This document shows positions 39,825 through 49,511 of a stretch of DNA of 64,000 nucleotides, in pieces; the first letter of the stretch is position 1, and each line of letters begins with the position of its first letter. A program made the translations under genes and the position numbers. Origin of the DNA: Patescibacteria group bacterium. GTDB lineage: Bacteria; Patescibacteriota; Minisyncoccia; Phycocordibacterales; Phycocordibacteraceae. The stretch covers positions 163,698-227,697 of the forward strand of contig JAZJYZ010000001.1 of NCBI GenBank assembly GCA_040390125.1, read 5' to 3'. The notes under the pieces were generated by a model. That model did not search any database. It was not told where the DNA came from and saw only the letters and a program-made list of their open reading frames with translations.

Positions 39825-40064
39825 ATGGAACCAACTACAAAACACAAAAAGACATTGAACGGCACGGTTGTGTCGACAAAAATGAAAGACACTATTACCG
39901 TGGCGGTGAATCGCTACGTTAAAGACTCGAAGTATAAGAAGTACGTTCGTCAGACCAAGAAGTATCTTGCGCATGATCCAGGCAACACCAAAGTAGAAGG
40001 TGAGCGAGTCACCATTGAAGAGTGTCGCCCTATGTCGAAGAATAAGCATTTCATAGTTATATGA
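39825..40064 (+). CDS. rpsQ: 30S ribosomal protein S17
   Basis: G.VVS.KM..TI.V, AHD, ECRP.SK.K. Confidence 0.96.
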   Translation: MEPTTKHKKTLNGTVVSTKMKDTITVAVNRYVKDSKYKKYVRQTKKYLAHDPGNTKVEGERVTIEECRPMSKNKHFIVI

Positions 40065-40441
40065 TTCAAGATCGCTCACTCGTCATCATTGCAGATAACA
40101 CCGGCGGTAAGGTTGGACGCATTTTCAAAGTGCTTGGTGGTTCAAAAAAGACCATTGCACAAATTGGTGACCGAGTAGTGCTTTCAGTGCAATCTGCGGA
40201 ACCTCGTAAGATGGTTAAGAAGAAAGAAGTTTTGACTGCGGTTGTTGTTCGTCAGCGAAAGTCATTCCGTCGAGTTGATGGTTCGTACATTCGTTTTGAT
40301 GACAACGCTGTCGTGATTCTTTCAAAGAATGCAAAAGATCCGTTTGAGCCAAAAGCAAACCGTGTCTTCGGGCCTATCCCTCGAGAAATCGTAGACTTGG
40401 GGTACCAGAAGATTGGATCGCTGGCACCGGAGGTAGTATAA
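40061..40441 (+). CDS. rplN: 50S ribosomal protein L14
   Basis: MIQ..ADNTG, DGSYIRFDDNA, RVFGP. Confidence 0.97.
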   Translation: MIQDRSLVIIADNTGGKVGRIFKVLGGSKKTIAQIGDRVVLSVQSAEPRKMVKKKEVLTAVVVRQRKSFRRVDGSYIRFDDNAVVILSKNAKDPFEPKANRVFGPIPREIVDLGYQKIGSLAPEVV

Positions 40442-40449
40442 GGAGCTTT

Positions 40450-40485
40450 TAGGCAACGCTTCGTTGGATCCGTAGGGATCATAGG
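40450..40485 (+). repeat. Double-hairpin mini-element
   Basis: TAGG-CAACGCTTCGTTG-GATCCGTAGGGATCA-TAGG. Confidence 0.8.
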
Positions 40486-40507
40486 AAAAAGAAAAAACAA
40501 AAACAAC

Positions 40508-40810
40508 ATGAAAATAAAAAAAGGAGACAAAATAATTATCATCACCGGCAAGGACAAAGGCAAGACGGGGACGGTGACACGTGCACTTCCAGCAGTGAGT
40601 AAAATTATTGTTGAGGGTTTGAACCTCAAAAAGAAGCATCAGAAGCCACGAGGAAACCGCAAAGGTCAGATTGTTGATATGGCGATGCCATTCCATGTAT
40701 CAAACGCCATGCTTGTTGATCCAAAATCAGGCAAAGGTACACGCATTTCTATTTCAATGAAGGGTGATAAGCGAGTCCGTATCGCAGTTAAGAGTGGATC
40801 AGAAGTGTAA
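40508..40810 (+). CDS. rplX: 50S ribosomal protein L24
   Basis: IKKGD....GKDKGK.G, H.SN. Confidence 0.97.
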   Translation: MKIKKGDKIIIITGKDKGKTGTVTRALPAVSKIIVEGLNLKKKHQKPRGNRKGQIVDMAMPFHVSNAMLVDPKSGKGTRISISMKGDKRVRIAVKSGSEV

Positions 40811-40860
40811 TTAGGCTTAGAGCTTCTAGCTTTCAGCTTTTAGGGAGGAAAAACAAAAAT

Positions 40861-41406
40861 ATGAAAACAACACTAGTACGAGAATTAGAAAAATCAGCAT
40901 TCAAGACTCTGAAGGGAGATTTTGGTTACAAAAATACTTTTCAGGCTCCACACTTAGTAAAGGTGGTTATTTCGACAGGCATCGGAAAAATAAAGGATAA
41001 GAAGAAGGTTGAACTTATTGAAAATAGACTTGCTTTGATTACTGGCCAAAAAGCAGCTGTGCGTGGTGCTAAGAAGTCAGTCGCATCCTTCAAGGTGCGT
41101 CAGGGTGACCCAGTAGGGTATCAAGTAACGCTCCGTGGGGCTCGCATGTATGATTTTTTGGACAAACTCGTACACATCTCACTCCCTCGAACTCGTGACT
41201 TTCGTGGACTTTCCGCAAAAGCGATTGATTCTTTGGGTAACATAACCCTCGGCATTAAGGAGCACACGATTTTCCCTGAAACTTCAGACGAAGAATTGAA
41301 GGATGTGTTCGGTCTCGCCATCACCATTGTGACGACGGCAAAAGATGAGAAACAAGCAGAGGCATTCTTCCGCCACATTGGGGTCCCACTTCAGGAAGCC
41401 GTGTAA
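40861..41406 (+). CDS. rplE: 50S ribosomal protein L5
   Basis: ITGQK, AKKS.A.FK.RQG, LPR.RDFRG. Confidence 0.97.
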   Translation: MKTTLVRELEKSAFKTLKGDFGYKNTFQAPHLVKVVISTGIGKIKDKKKVELIENRLALITGQKAAVRGAKKSVASFKVRQGDPVGYQVTLRGARMYDFLDKLVHISLPRTRDFRGLSAKAIDSLGNITLGIKEHTIFPETSDEELKDVFGLAITIVTTAKDEKQAEAFFRHIGVPLQEAV

Positions 41407-41424
41407 GTATCCACTCAAATTTTT

Positions 41425-41571
41425 ATGGGACACGAAGATCAAGGTACTTCTTTTCCAATTCCCCCAGCAGAATCCATACCAGGACTGCTCGAAAGCCTCG
41501 GGCTTACCGGTAAAGCACTTCCCGGACCCTTGTTTGGTCAAAAACCATCATCAAAGCCTGAGGCAGATTAA
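41425..41571 (+). CDS. 48-aa Pro-rich micro-ORF
   Basis: MGHEDQGTSFPIPPAESIPGLLESLGLTGKALPGPLFGQKPSSKPEAD. Confidence 0.35.
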   Translation: MGHEDQGTSFPIPPAESIPGLLESLGLTGKALPGPLFGQKPSSKPEAD

Positions 41572-41638
41572 ACATAGCTAGATTTCGTCTCTTAATGTTT
41601 TGGTAAGATAAGGTTTCTTACGTCTTGATTCACAAAAC

Positions 41639-42169
41639 ATGAAAGGTATTACTTTTATAGGAATGTCAGGAAGTGGTAAATCAAGCGTAGGCGCAAGATT
41701 GGCAATGCAGATTGGATGGAAGTTTGTTGATCTTGATAAACTGATTTTGGAAAAACAATCTGCTACTCATCACGAAATAATGCAAAGGTTTGGTGAGGAA
41801 GGGCTTAAAGCTCTTGAGGAGCAGTACACACTAGAACTAGATTTTGCTAATACAGTTTTTGCACCTGGGGGGAGCTTAGTATATTCACAGCTCGCAATGG
41901 AAAAAGCGAAAGATGAATCTACGCTTATTTATCTTCGGGTTCCACCAAGGATCATTGAGAGTAGGTTAGGTGATCGCCTGCACCGAAATGGCATCGTTGG
42001 CCTTGAGGAGAAAGGCCTTGCTGGAGTTATGGCGGAACGCATTCCGCTCTATGAAGGCTATGCGGACTATGTGTTTGATTCAGAAATGCAGAGTGTTCAA
42101 GAGATGGCAGAAAAAATTATTACTACACTGCGAAGTCGTGGTTTAGATTTTCCCTATGCGGTTTCATAG
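41639..42169 (+). CDS. Shikimate-kinase-family protein (possible homoserine kinase)
   Basis: GMSGSGKS, D.D, PGGS, ER.PLY..YAD; overlaps thrC start. Confidence 0.85.
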   Translation: MKGITFIGMSGSGKSSVGARLAMQIGWKFVDLDKLILEKQSATHHEIMQRFGEEGLKALEEQYTLELDFANTVFAPGGSLVYSQLAMEKAKDESTLIYLRVPPRIIESRLGDRLHRNGIVGLEEKGLAGVMAERIPLYEGYADYVFDSEMQSVQEMAEKIITTLRSRGLDFPYAVS

Positions 42170-43466
42170 CACTAACAAGCATTCAAAAGGCTTTTCTTTT
42201 TCTCAGGCAATTCTTGCAGGTCTTGCTCCTGACGGAGGGTTGTTCATGCCGGATCGCTGGCCATCTTTACCAAAACGTTTTTTTTTAGATTTAAAAGAGT
42301 CAACGTTCGCTGACAGTGCATTCTCAATAGCTAAGCATTTTGTGCCTCAAATCTCAGACAGAGACCTTCGTCGCCTAACAAAAGATGCCTTCAATTTTCC
42401 TGTACCCCTTGTTCCCCTTGGGGATGGGGTATTTTTGTTAGAACTTTTTCATGGTCCAACCATGGCTTTTAAAGACTTCGGTGCACGTTTTTTGTCTCGT
42501 ATTTCAAGTTTTTTCCTCCGCCAATCAAAAAAGAAGATGACGATTATTGTTGCCACGTCGGGTGACACTGGCTCGGCAGTTGCAAGCGGGTTTTTCAAGG
42601 TTCCTCATGTGCGAATATTTATTTTGTATCCAAGTGGAAAGGTAAGTCCACTACAAGAAAAACAGCTAACGACGTACGGAGGGAATATTACCGCTATCGA
42701 AGTGAAGGGCACATTCGATGACTGCCAAAAGCTTGCAAAACAAGCACTTGCTGACAGAGAGCTTGTGGAAGCCCTCAACCTCTCTTCTGCAAATTCAATT
42801 AATTTCGGACGATTGTTACCGCAGTCGTTTTATTATTTTTGGGCATGGAAGCAATTGCAAGAGAAAGGAATTTACAAAGATCCTGTATTCGTCGTGCCGA
42901 GCGGAAATTTTGGTAATGGGTTTGCTGGTTTAATGGCAAAACGAATGGGACTCCCTGTCTCGAAGTTTGTTTTTGCAACAAATGCGAATGCAATTGTGCC
43001 TAGTTACCTAAAGACAGGGAAATTTCTAGCTCAAAAATCAAAAAATACTATTTCAAACGCAATGGACGTGGGCAATCCGAGTAACTTTGCTCGTATTCTA
43101 GCTCTATATGACGGGAAGAGAGTGAAAATGAAAGAGGATATATGGAGCGAGAGTGTATCTGATGGGGTGACAAAAAAAACTATCCGTCGAGTTTTTGAAG
43201 AGTATGGGTACACGCTTGACCCACATACAGCAGTTGGCGTTGCAGCTGCATGGCGATTTCGAAAAGAAACAAAAAATGAAAATCCGATCGTAGTTCTCTC
43301 AACGGCACATCCGGCAAAATTTCGTGAAGTTGTGGAACCTGTCATCGGGAAGAAAATCACGCTGCCGTTGCAATTACGTGCTCCAATGAAAAAGAAAAAA
43401 CACTCACACCTGATTCCTGCTTCGTACGGCATCCTCAAGAAATTTTTATTGACTCACGAAGATTGA
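42156..43466 (+). CDS. thrC: Threonine synthase
   Basis: GLAPDGGL, ELFHGPT.AFKDFG, ATSGDTG, NSIN.GR, PSGNFGN, TAHPAKF. Confidence 0.96.
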   Translation: MRFHSTNKHSKGFSFSQAILAGLAPDGGLFMPDRWPSLPKRFFLDLKESTFADSAFSIAKHFVPQISDRDLRRLTKDAFNFPVPLVPLGDGVFLLELFHGPTMAFKDFGARFLSRISSFFLRQSKKKMTIIVATSGDTGSAVASGFFKVPHVRIFILYPSGKVSPLQEKQLTTYGGNITAIEVKGTFDDCQKLAKQALADRELVEALNLSSANSINFGRLLPQSFYYFWAWKQLQEKGIYKDPVFVVPSGNFGNGFAGLMAKRMGLPVSKFVFATNANAIVPSYLKTGKFLAQKSKNTISNAMDVGNPSNFARILALYDGKRVKMKEDIWSESVSDGVTKKTIRRVFEEYGYTLDPHTAVGVAAAWRFRKETKNENPIVVLSTAHPAKFREVVEPVIGKKITLPLQLRAPMKKKKHSHLIPASYGILKKFLLTHED

Positions 43467-43502
43467 CACGTACTTTCCCACTGGTAGAGTTGCATTGCAT
43501 AT

Positions 43503-43688
43503 ATGCCAAAAGACCCAGAATCAGCACCCTTGAATCGAACATCTGTGAAGCATGTGCCTAGGTTTGGGAAAGGTTTTAGACTGATTCGAGAAATAGATGT
43601 GCCTGTGGGCGGGGGACAGGGAACAGAGAGAGTTTTTACTTTTATGGAGTTTCCGGATGGTCGTCGTCAGTGGTTAGGACGTCGTTAA
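43503..43688 (+). CDS. Small hypothetical protein
   Basis: 61 aa; TTGACA-17-TAGAGT promoter overlapping thrC stop. Confidence 0.5.
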   Translation: MPKDPESAPLNRTSVKHVPRFGKGFRLIREIDVPVGGGQGTERVFTFMEFPDGRRQWLGRR

Positions 43689-43718
43689 TATTTTCTGGGT
43701 TTATTTTTCGTAGTTTAC

Positions 43719-44003
43719 ATGTTTGAGCGAGGCGTGAGATCTGTGAAAGGCTCCAGTAGACCATGGGTCGCACTTGGGATGGTGGCGGCGCTTTTTTCTC
43801 CGGATAAATATCCTGATCCTGTACAGCGAGGTGTAGATGCCGGCTTTCGTTTGGCGGAAAGTGGCGATTGCAGGGGATCCATAAGAGATGAGTATATTGA
43901 GGTGCTTGCACAAGAGCATCGTCCTCTGCGTTACGTCCTGCCGTTCGTCAAGGCACGCAATGATACCTGTGCACGAGCGGAGTCCATGGTTGATTTTCGC
44001 TAG
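43719..44003 (+). CDS. Small hypothetical protein
   Basis: 94-aa ORF co-oriented. Confidence 0.4.
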   Translation: MFERGVRSVKGSSRPWVALGMVAALFSPDKYPDPVQRGVDAGFRLAESGDCRGSIRDEYIEVLAQEHRPLRYVLPFVKARNDTCARAESMVDFR

Positions 44004-44184
44004 TTTGACCTCTTAGTTCGTTTCTGCTATCCTAGCAATAGCTTTTCGAAGCGCTTTTTCTTTACCCTTCAACTTCGTTCAGGGTGAAAGGCCTCTTCCC
44101 GAAAGGGTGAGGTACGGAAAAGGGCTCTAAAAGGCGAATACCCTTCATCTCAGCACAGGCTGAATGAATACGGTTCCCTAAAAA
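44004..44184 (+). promoter_or_regulatory. Promoter and structured leader for rpsN-rpsH block
   Basis: TTGACC-17-TATCCT (with TG extension), then several hairpins. Confidence 0.55.
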
Positions 44185-44454
44185 ATGGCTAAAAAGTCAC
44201 AATTGGCTCGCAATTCCAAGCGTATCAAAACGGTCGCTCGTTTTGCTGTTAAACGTGCTGCGTTAAAGAAGGCGGGAGATTGGGAAGGTCTACAGAAGCT
44301 TCCTAAGAACGCTTCACCAATTCGTGTGAAGAATCGCTGTGCAGTTACTGGTCGTGGTCAGGGCTATATGCGTCATTTCGGACTTTCTCGTATCCAGTTT
44401 CGTGAGATGGCACGCCGTGGCGAGATCCCAGGCGTTAAGAAGTCTTCTTGGTAA
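44185..44454 (+). CDS. rpsN: 30S ribosomal protein S14 (long, non-zinc form)
   Basis: MAKKS, LP.NASP.R..NRC..TGR, FGLSRI.FR; single Cys. Confidence 0.97.
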   Translation: MAKKSQLARNSKRIKTVARFAVKRAALKKAGDWEGLQKLPKNASPIRVKNRCAVTGRGQGYMRHFGLSRIQFREMARRGEIPGVKKSSW

Positions 44455-44478
44455 TTCTGTTCACTTTTCACTATATTT

Positions 44479-44874
44479 ATGATTACAGATCCTATTGGAG
44501 ATTTCATAGTTCGACTCAAGAACGCCACAGCGGTGCGCAAAGCATCAGTCGCTGTTCCGTTTTCCAAGTTGAAACTCGCCGTAGCACTTGCATTGAAGAA
44601 ATCAGGCTATCTTGGTGAAATTTCTGAAGAAGGCTCCGGTGTTCAAAAGACCCTTGTTGTTGAGCTTATCTATGGAGCCGACGGACTGCCAAAAATCAAC
44701 GGTGTAAAGCGAATTTCAAAGCCTGGGCGCCGTCTCTATGCAAAGGCACGTGAAGTTTTCCCAGTTAAATATGGCAAAGGACTCCTGGTGCTTTCAACTC
44801 CGCAGGGCATTGTTACTGACCGTGAGGCTCGCCAAAATAGACTTGGAGGAGAGACGCTTTTCAAGATTTGGTAG
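44479..44874 (+). CDS. rpsH: 30S ribosomal protein S8
   Basis: DPI.D...R.KNA, RISKPGRR.Y, ST..G. Confidence 0.97.
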   Translation: MITDPIGDFIVRLKNATAVRKASVAVPFSKLKLAVALALKKSGYLGEISEEGSGVQKTLVVELIYGADGLPKINGVKRISKPGRRLYAKAREVFPVKYGKGLLVLSTPQGIVTDREARQNRLGGETLFKIW

Positions 44875-44899
44875 TCGCGCTCACTATAAATAATTCACT

Positions 44900-45436
44900 A
44901 TGTCACGCATCGGTAAAAACCCAATTACACTTCCAGCAAACACGCACGTTTCAGTTGCGGAAGGTGTTTTGACTGTGAAGGGGCCTTTGGGTTCCATCAC
45001 AAAGCCTGTGCACTCGATGGTAGCGATTGCTGTCGATGGCTCTTCCGTGACCGTTACACCAGCCAACACCTCAAAGCTCGCACGATCTCTCTGGGGTACC
45101 TTCGCATCTCACATCAAGAACATGGTTGCCGGTGTGAATAAGAAATATGAGAAGAAGTTGACGCTTGAAGGTATCGGGTACCGTGTGGAAGTACAAGGTA
45201 AGAACATGAAATTTGCTGTTGGTTTTTCTCATCCAGTTATCCTTCCTATTCCTGCCGGTATTGAAGTAGCAGTTGAGAAGAATCAGATAACCGTTTCAGG
45301 TATCGACAAAGACGAAGTGGGGCAGTTTTCAGCAGTTGTTCGTGCGGTGAAGAAGCCTGAACCATACAAAGGCAAGGGCATTCGCTACGAAGGTGAGTAC
45401 GTACGTCGTAAGCAAGGTAAGAAAGCATCTGCATAA
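44900..45436 (+). CDS. rplF: 50S ribosomal protein L6
   Basis: [22 protein letters not shown]. Confidence 0.97.
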   Translation: MSRIGKNPITLPANTHVSVAEGVLTVKGPLGSITKPVHSMVAIAVDGSSVTVTPANTSKLARSLWGTFASHIKNMVAGVNKKYEKKLTLEGIGYRVEVQGKNMKFAVGFSHPVILPIPAGIEVAVEKNQITVSGIDKDEVGQFSAVVRAVKKPEPYKGKGIRYEGEYVRRKQGKKASA

Positions 45437-45444
45437 TTTTTCAT

Positions 45445-45801
45445 ATGTCTAAACTCACTCCAAAAACTCAATCAGCACTTCGCGCTCGCAGACACCGCCG
45501 TATTCGTGGAAAGGTGAAGGGTACTGCTACCTGTCCACGCCTTGCGATTTTTCGCTCAAACAAATATTTCTACGCTCAGCTCATTGATGACGACAAGCAG
45601 GTGACTCTTGCGAGCGCTTCATCTATGGATGTGAAGGGTAAGTCAATGATGGAAGATGCAAAAATTGTTGGTGAGCGTGTTGCGAAAGCGGGTATCGAAA
45701 AAGGCGTTAAGAAAGTAGTCTTTGATCGTGGAGGCTTTACGTACACAGGACGTGTGCGTGCACTTGCCGAAGCTGCACGAGCCGGAGGTCTTGAATTTTA
45801 G
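45445..45801 (+). CDS. rplR: 50S ribosomal protein L18
   Basis: PRL.IFRSN, VVFDRGG..Y.GRV. Confidence 0.97.
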   Translation: MSKLTPKTQSALRARRHRRIRGKVKGTATCPRLAIFRSNKYFYAQLIDDDKQVTLASASSMDVKGKSMMEDAKIVGERVAKAGIEKGVKKVVFDRGGFTYTGRVRALAEAARAGGLEF

Positions 45802-45834
45802 TGAACAGTGTACAGTGAATAGTAAATAACAATT

Positions 45835-46470
45835 ATGAATGATGAACAAAACATGACCCCTTCAGACGGAAACACACCAGAAGCTGTATCTGTACCTACA
45901 GTGGTGGCTGACGCAAAAGGTGGAGCACCGAGAGGCTCTGGTAGCCCTCAGCGTGGAGGACGCCGTCCTCAGCGTGGAGGCCCGGGCGGAGACAGGAGAC
46001 CTTCTCGTGGAGGAGATCGCAAGCGTGAGCCTCGTGAACGAGCAGAATTTGATCAACGCACCATTCTTATTCGCCGTGTTGCTCGTGTTATGGCTGGCGG
46101 TAGACGCTTCTCATTCTCAGCTGCTATTGCAGCGGGTGACAGGAAGGGCAGGGTAGGTATTGGCGTCGGCAAGGGTGGCGACACAGCGCTTGCAATTGAA
46201 AAGGCACTTCGAGATGCAAAGAAAAATATGATTACCGTTAAAATGACGAAGACCATGAGCATTGCGCATGACGTGATGGCAAAAACTTCTTCAGGTATCG
46301 TTTCGATTCGTCCTTCCCCTGAACGTGGTATCGTTGCCGGTTCCGCAGTGAAGATTGTATTGGAACTTGCTGGCGTTAAAGATGTGACCGCAAAAGTACT
46401 TTCGTCTTCAAAAAATAAACTCAACATTGCCCGTGCGACAATTAAAGCACTTTCGACTCTCAAGAAATAA
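45835..46470 (+). CDS. rpsE: 30S ribosomal protein S5
   Basis: RV.....GGRRFSF, GD..G.VG.G.GK; G/R-rich N-extension. Confidence 0.97.
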   Translation: MNDEQNMTPSDGNTPEAVSVPTVVADAKGGAPRGSGSPQRGGRRPQRGGPGGDRRPSRGGDRKREPRERAEFDQRTILIRRVARVMAGGRRFSFSAAIAAGDRKGRVGIGVGKGGDTALAIEKALRDAKKNMITVKMTKTMSIAHDVMAKTSSGIVSIRPSPERGIVAGSAVKIVLELAGVKDVTAKVLSSSKNKLNIARATIKALSTLKK

Positions 46471-46471
46471 C

Positions 46472-46999
46472 ATGGAACTCCACACACTTACACGCACAAA
46501 GAGTAACAAAGCAACCCGCCGTGTTGGCCGTGGAGGTAAGCGTGGCAAGACGTCTGGCCGTGGTTCAAAGGGTCAGAAGTCACGTGCTGGTGCAAAATTT
46601 CGTCCTGAATGGCGTGACATCATCAAAAAAATTCCAAAGCGACGTGGATACGGCAGAAACCGTTCTCGAACAGCCGTGCCACGCATCCGTTTTGCAACCG
46701 TGAATTTTGATACTCTCTCGAGACAGTTCAAGGCGGGGGACATCATTACTCCGATTGCATTGGTTAAGGCTGGAGCTGTACGCCGTATTTCTGGCAAAGT
46801 TCCTCCGATAAAGATTCTTGCTCGAGGAGAGATCAGCATGAAGCTCGCTTTTGAGGACGTTCTCATTTCAGAAGTAGCTAAGACACTAATTGAAAAAGCT
46901 GGTGGCACTGTCCGTGCTCCTATTTCAAAGAAGGTACTGCCTTCTAAAAAAGACACTTCTCCTAAAAAAGCTGCTTCCTCCCTAAAAGCTAAAAGCTAA
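46472..46999 (+). CDS. rplO: 50S ribosomal protein L15
   Basis: RVGRG...GKTSGRG.KGQKSR; follows rpsE directly. Confidence 0.96.
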   Translation: MELHTLTRTKSNKATRRVGRGGKRGKTSGRGSKGQKSRAGAKFRPEWRDIIKKIPKRRGYGRNRSRTAVPRIRFATVNFDTLSRQFKAGDIITPIALVKAGAVRRISGKVPPIKILARGEISMKLAFEDVLISEVAKTLIEKAGGTVRAPISKKVLPSKKDTSPKKAASSLKAKS

Positions 47000-47011
47000 A
47001 AGCTGGTTACT

Positions 47012-48283
47012 ATGTCTGGATTTTTCACAAAACTCAAACTCATACTGAGCGACGGCACGCTTTTGAAGCGAATCGGTTTTGTCATTGCGGCACTCGCAGT
47101 ATTCAGGCTTCTTGCTACGATACCGATTCCAGGCATTGATCCAGACCGTCTTTCACAGTTTTTCTCAGGCAATCAATTCTTGGGTCTTTTAAATATTTTC
47201 TCCGGAGGAGGTCTTTCAAATCTCTCTATCGTTATGCTCGGTGTTGCTCCATACATCACTGCGTCAATCATCATGCAGGTTTTGACCATCATGTTCCCAA
47301 AATTGAAGACGATGTATCAGGAAGAAGGAGATCAGGGTCGCAAGAAGTTCAGTCAGTATTCTCGTCTCTTATCTGTCCCACTCGCATTCATCCAAGGGTA
47401 TGCATACCTCTCTCTGTTTGAGAGTCAGGGAGTTATTGATCAACTTCCGTTCATGGCGTTCATGTTGAACGTACTTATCGTAGCTGCAGGATCAGTCCTG
47501 TTGATGTGGATTGGCGAGCTCATGACTGAGTTCGGTATAGGTAATGGTGTCTCGCTCATCATTTTTGCAGGCATTGTGGCATCTGTTCCCCAGAATTTTG
47601 CTCAACTCTTATTTTCATTTAATCCCGCACAGATTCCTCTCTACATTGGTTTCATCGTCGCAGCCTTGGCGATTATCTACGGAGTGGTTGTCATGACTGA
47701 AGCTGAACGTCCAGTGCCAGTGACCTACGCAAAGCGTGTTCGTGGGAACAAACTCTACGGAGGTGTTTCTACCTACTTACCACTTCGCTTGAACCAAGCT
47801 GGCGTCATTCCAATTATTTTCGCTCTCTCTATTCTTCTTTTTCCTCAACTCCTTCTGAACTTCGCAGCGAAATCTTCTGTTCTCTGGCTTTCAGGGATCG
47901 CATCAGCGCTTCTTTCGTGGAATGGTGGTGCTGTGGTGTACGCTCTGTTCTATTTCCTCCTAGTCTTCCTCTTTACGTATTTCTACACCGCAGTCACGTT
48001 TGATCCAAACATGCTTGCCACAAACCTTCAGAAAAATGGTGCATTCGTTCCTGGTGTTCGTCCTGGGCTGCAGACCGCAGAGTATTTAGGGAAGGTTATT
48101 ACTCGTATCACTATGGTCGGAGCACTCTTTCTTGGTGTTGTTGCCGTGTTGCCACTTATTATGCAGTCCGTTACCGGCTTAACGACTCTCGCTATCGGTG
48201 GTACCGCACTCCTCATTGTGGTGTCAGTGGTATTGGATTTGGTGCGTAAAATCGAAGGGCAGATTTCTTTGCGGGAATATTAA
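47012..48283 (+). CDS. secY: Preprotein translocase SecY
   Basis: LGV.PYITASII.Q, GIGNGVSLIIF, AGVIPIIFA, PGVRPG. Confidence 0.98.
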   Translation: MSGFFTKLKLILSDGTLLKRIGFVIAALAVFRLLATIPIPGIDPDRLSQFFSGNQFLGLLNIFSGGGLSNLSIVMLGVAPYITASIIMQVLTIMFPKLKTMYQEEGDQGRKKFSQYSRLLSVPLAFIQGYAYLSLFESQGVIDQLPFMAFMLNVLIVAAGSVLLMWIGELMTEFGIGNGVSLIIFAGIVASVPQNFAQLLFSFNPAQIPLYIGFIVAALAIIYGVVVMTEAERPVPVTYAKRVRGNKLYGGVSTYLPLRLNQAGVIPIIFALSILLFPQLLLNFAAKSSVLWLSGIASALLSWNGGAVVYALFYFLLVFLFTYFYTAVTFDPNMLATNLQKNGAFVPGVRPGLQTAEYLGKVITRITMVGALFLGVVAVLPLIMQSVTGLTTLAIGGTALLIVVSVVLDLVRKIEGQISLREY

Positions 48284-48336
48284 AATCAAAGCTGTCAGCT
48301 TCCGGCTGTCAGCTTACAGCTTTAAATAGCAAAAGC

Positions 48337-48909
48337 ATGAAAGGAAAATTCATACTCGTTATTGGTCCATCCGGTTCCGGAAAAGGGACGCTCATAAATC
48401 ATATTCGGCCTTTGTTTCCGGAACTTATGTATCCGAAGTCTTCAACAACTCGCTCCATGCGTGCAAATGAAAAACATGGTGAGCACTATTATTTTCTTTC
48501 TCGTGAGGAATTTCAAACCCGTATTGATAACAATGATTTTCTTGAATGGGCAGAGTATGGCGGACACTTTTACGGTACGCTTGCCTCTGAAGTTATACCT
48601 CTTCTCGATGTTGGAAAAACTGCCTTGAAGGAGCTTGAGGTACAAGGCGTTCGTCAACTGCAAGGGAAGATCCCGAAAGAGGAACTTGCTATCATTTTTG
48701 TGAATGCAGGTTCTTGGTCCGAAATGGAGACCCGCATTCGTGCACGTGCGCCAATATCGGAAACCGAACTAGAAAAACGAAAAGCACGCTATCAAGATGA
48801 GATGAGTTTCATGTCAGAGGCGGATTTTGTTGTTGAAAATCATTCAGGCGAGGTGGATTCTGCAAAGAAACGATTTGAAGAAGTCGTACGTTCTCTTATT
48901 GCAGGTTAA
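48337..48909 (+). CDS. gmk: Guanylate kinase
   Basis: GPSGSGKGT, TTR..R..E..G..Y.F, FLEWA....YGT. Confidence 0.93.
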   Translation: MKGKFILVIGPSGSGKGTLINHIRPLFPELMYPKSSTTRSMRANEKHGEHYYFLSREEFQTRIDNNDFLEWAEYGGHFYGTLASEVIPLLDVGKTALKELEVQGVRQLQGKIPKEELAIIFVNAGSWSEMETRIRARAPISETELEKRKARYQDEMSFMSEADFVVENHSGEVDSAKKRFEEVVRSLIAG

Positions 48910-48919
48910 TATAGTATTT

Positions 48920-49501
48920 ATGGACACCGAACAAAAACATCTATTTTTCTTTGTAGGACGCATCGCCTCTGGTAAAGAAACACAGTGTGTACAGCTTGCT
49001 GAGAAGCTTGGATATACGGTTTTTAGTACCGGCGGAAAATTTCGTGAAATTGTTGCGTCAAATTCATTGTTAGGCAATCGTATCAAAGCCGACTACGAGA
49101 AAGGACTTCTCATGCCTTCCTGGGTTGCAAACTACATGTTTCAGGAATTTCTTTTCAATCTTCCTCCTCAAAACGGGGCAATTTTTGAAGGTTCAGGTCG
49201 GGACGTTGATCAAGCCAAGGTGATAGAAGAGGTTACCAGTTGGCTGGGTCGTTCATACACTGTTTTGAATTTGGACGTAAGTGAAGAAGAGGTAATCAAG
49301 CGTTCGCTTCTTCGAGGACGTGATTCTACTGACAAGGATGAATCAGTAATCCGCATGCGTCTTGCTGAATACAACCGTCTCACAAAACCTGCAATTGAAT
49401 ATTTCCAGTCTTTAGGAAAGTGTATGAATATCAATGGTGAACAGACACCTGAACAAGTGCACGAAGAGGTGATGCAAAAAGTGAGCGAGGTTTTGAAATA
49501 A
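48920..49501 (+). CDS. adk: Adenylate kinase family (short, no LID)
   Basis: GRIASGKETQ, STG..FR, G.L.P, R..D; position before map. Confidence 0.85.
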   Translation: MDTEQKHLFFFVGRIASGKETQCVQLAEKLGYTVFSTGGKFREIVASNSLLGNRIKADYEKGLLMPSWVANYMFQEFLFNLPPQNGAIFEGSGRDVDQAKVIEEVTSWLGRSYTVLNLDVSEEEVIKRSLLRGRDSTDKDESVIRMRLAEYNRLTKPAIEYFQSLGKCMNINGEQTPEQVHEEVMQKVSEVLK

Positions 49502-49511
49502 CCCACAGAGG

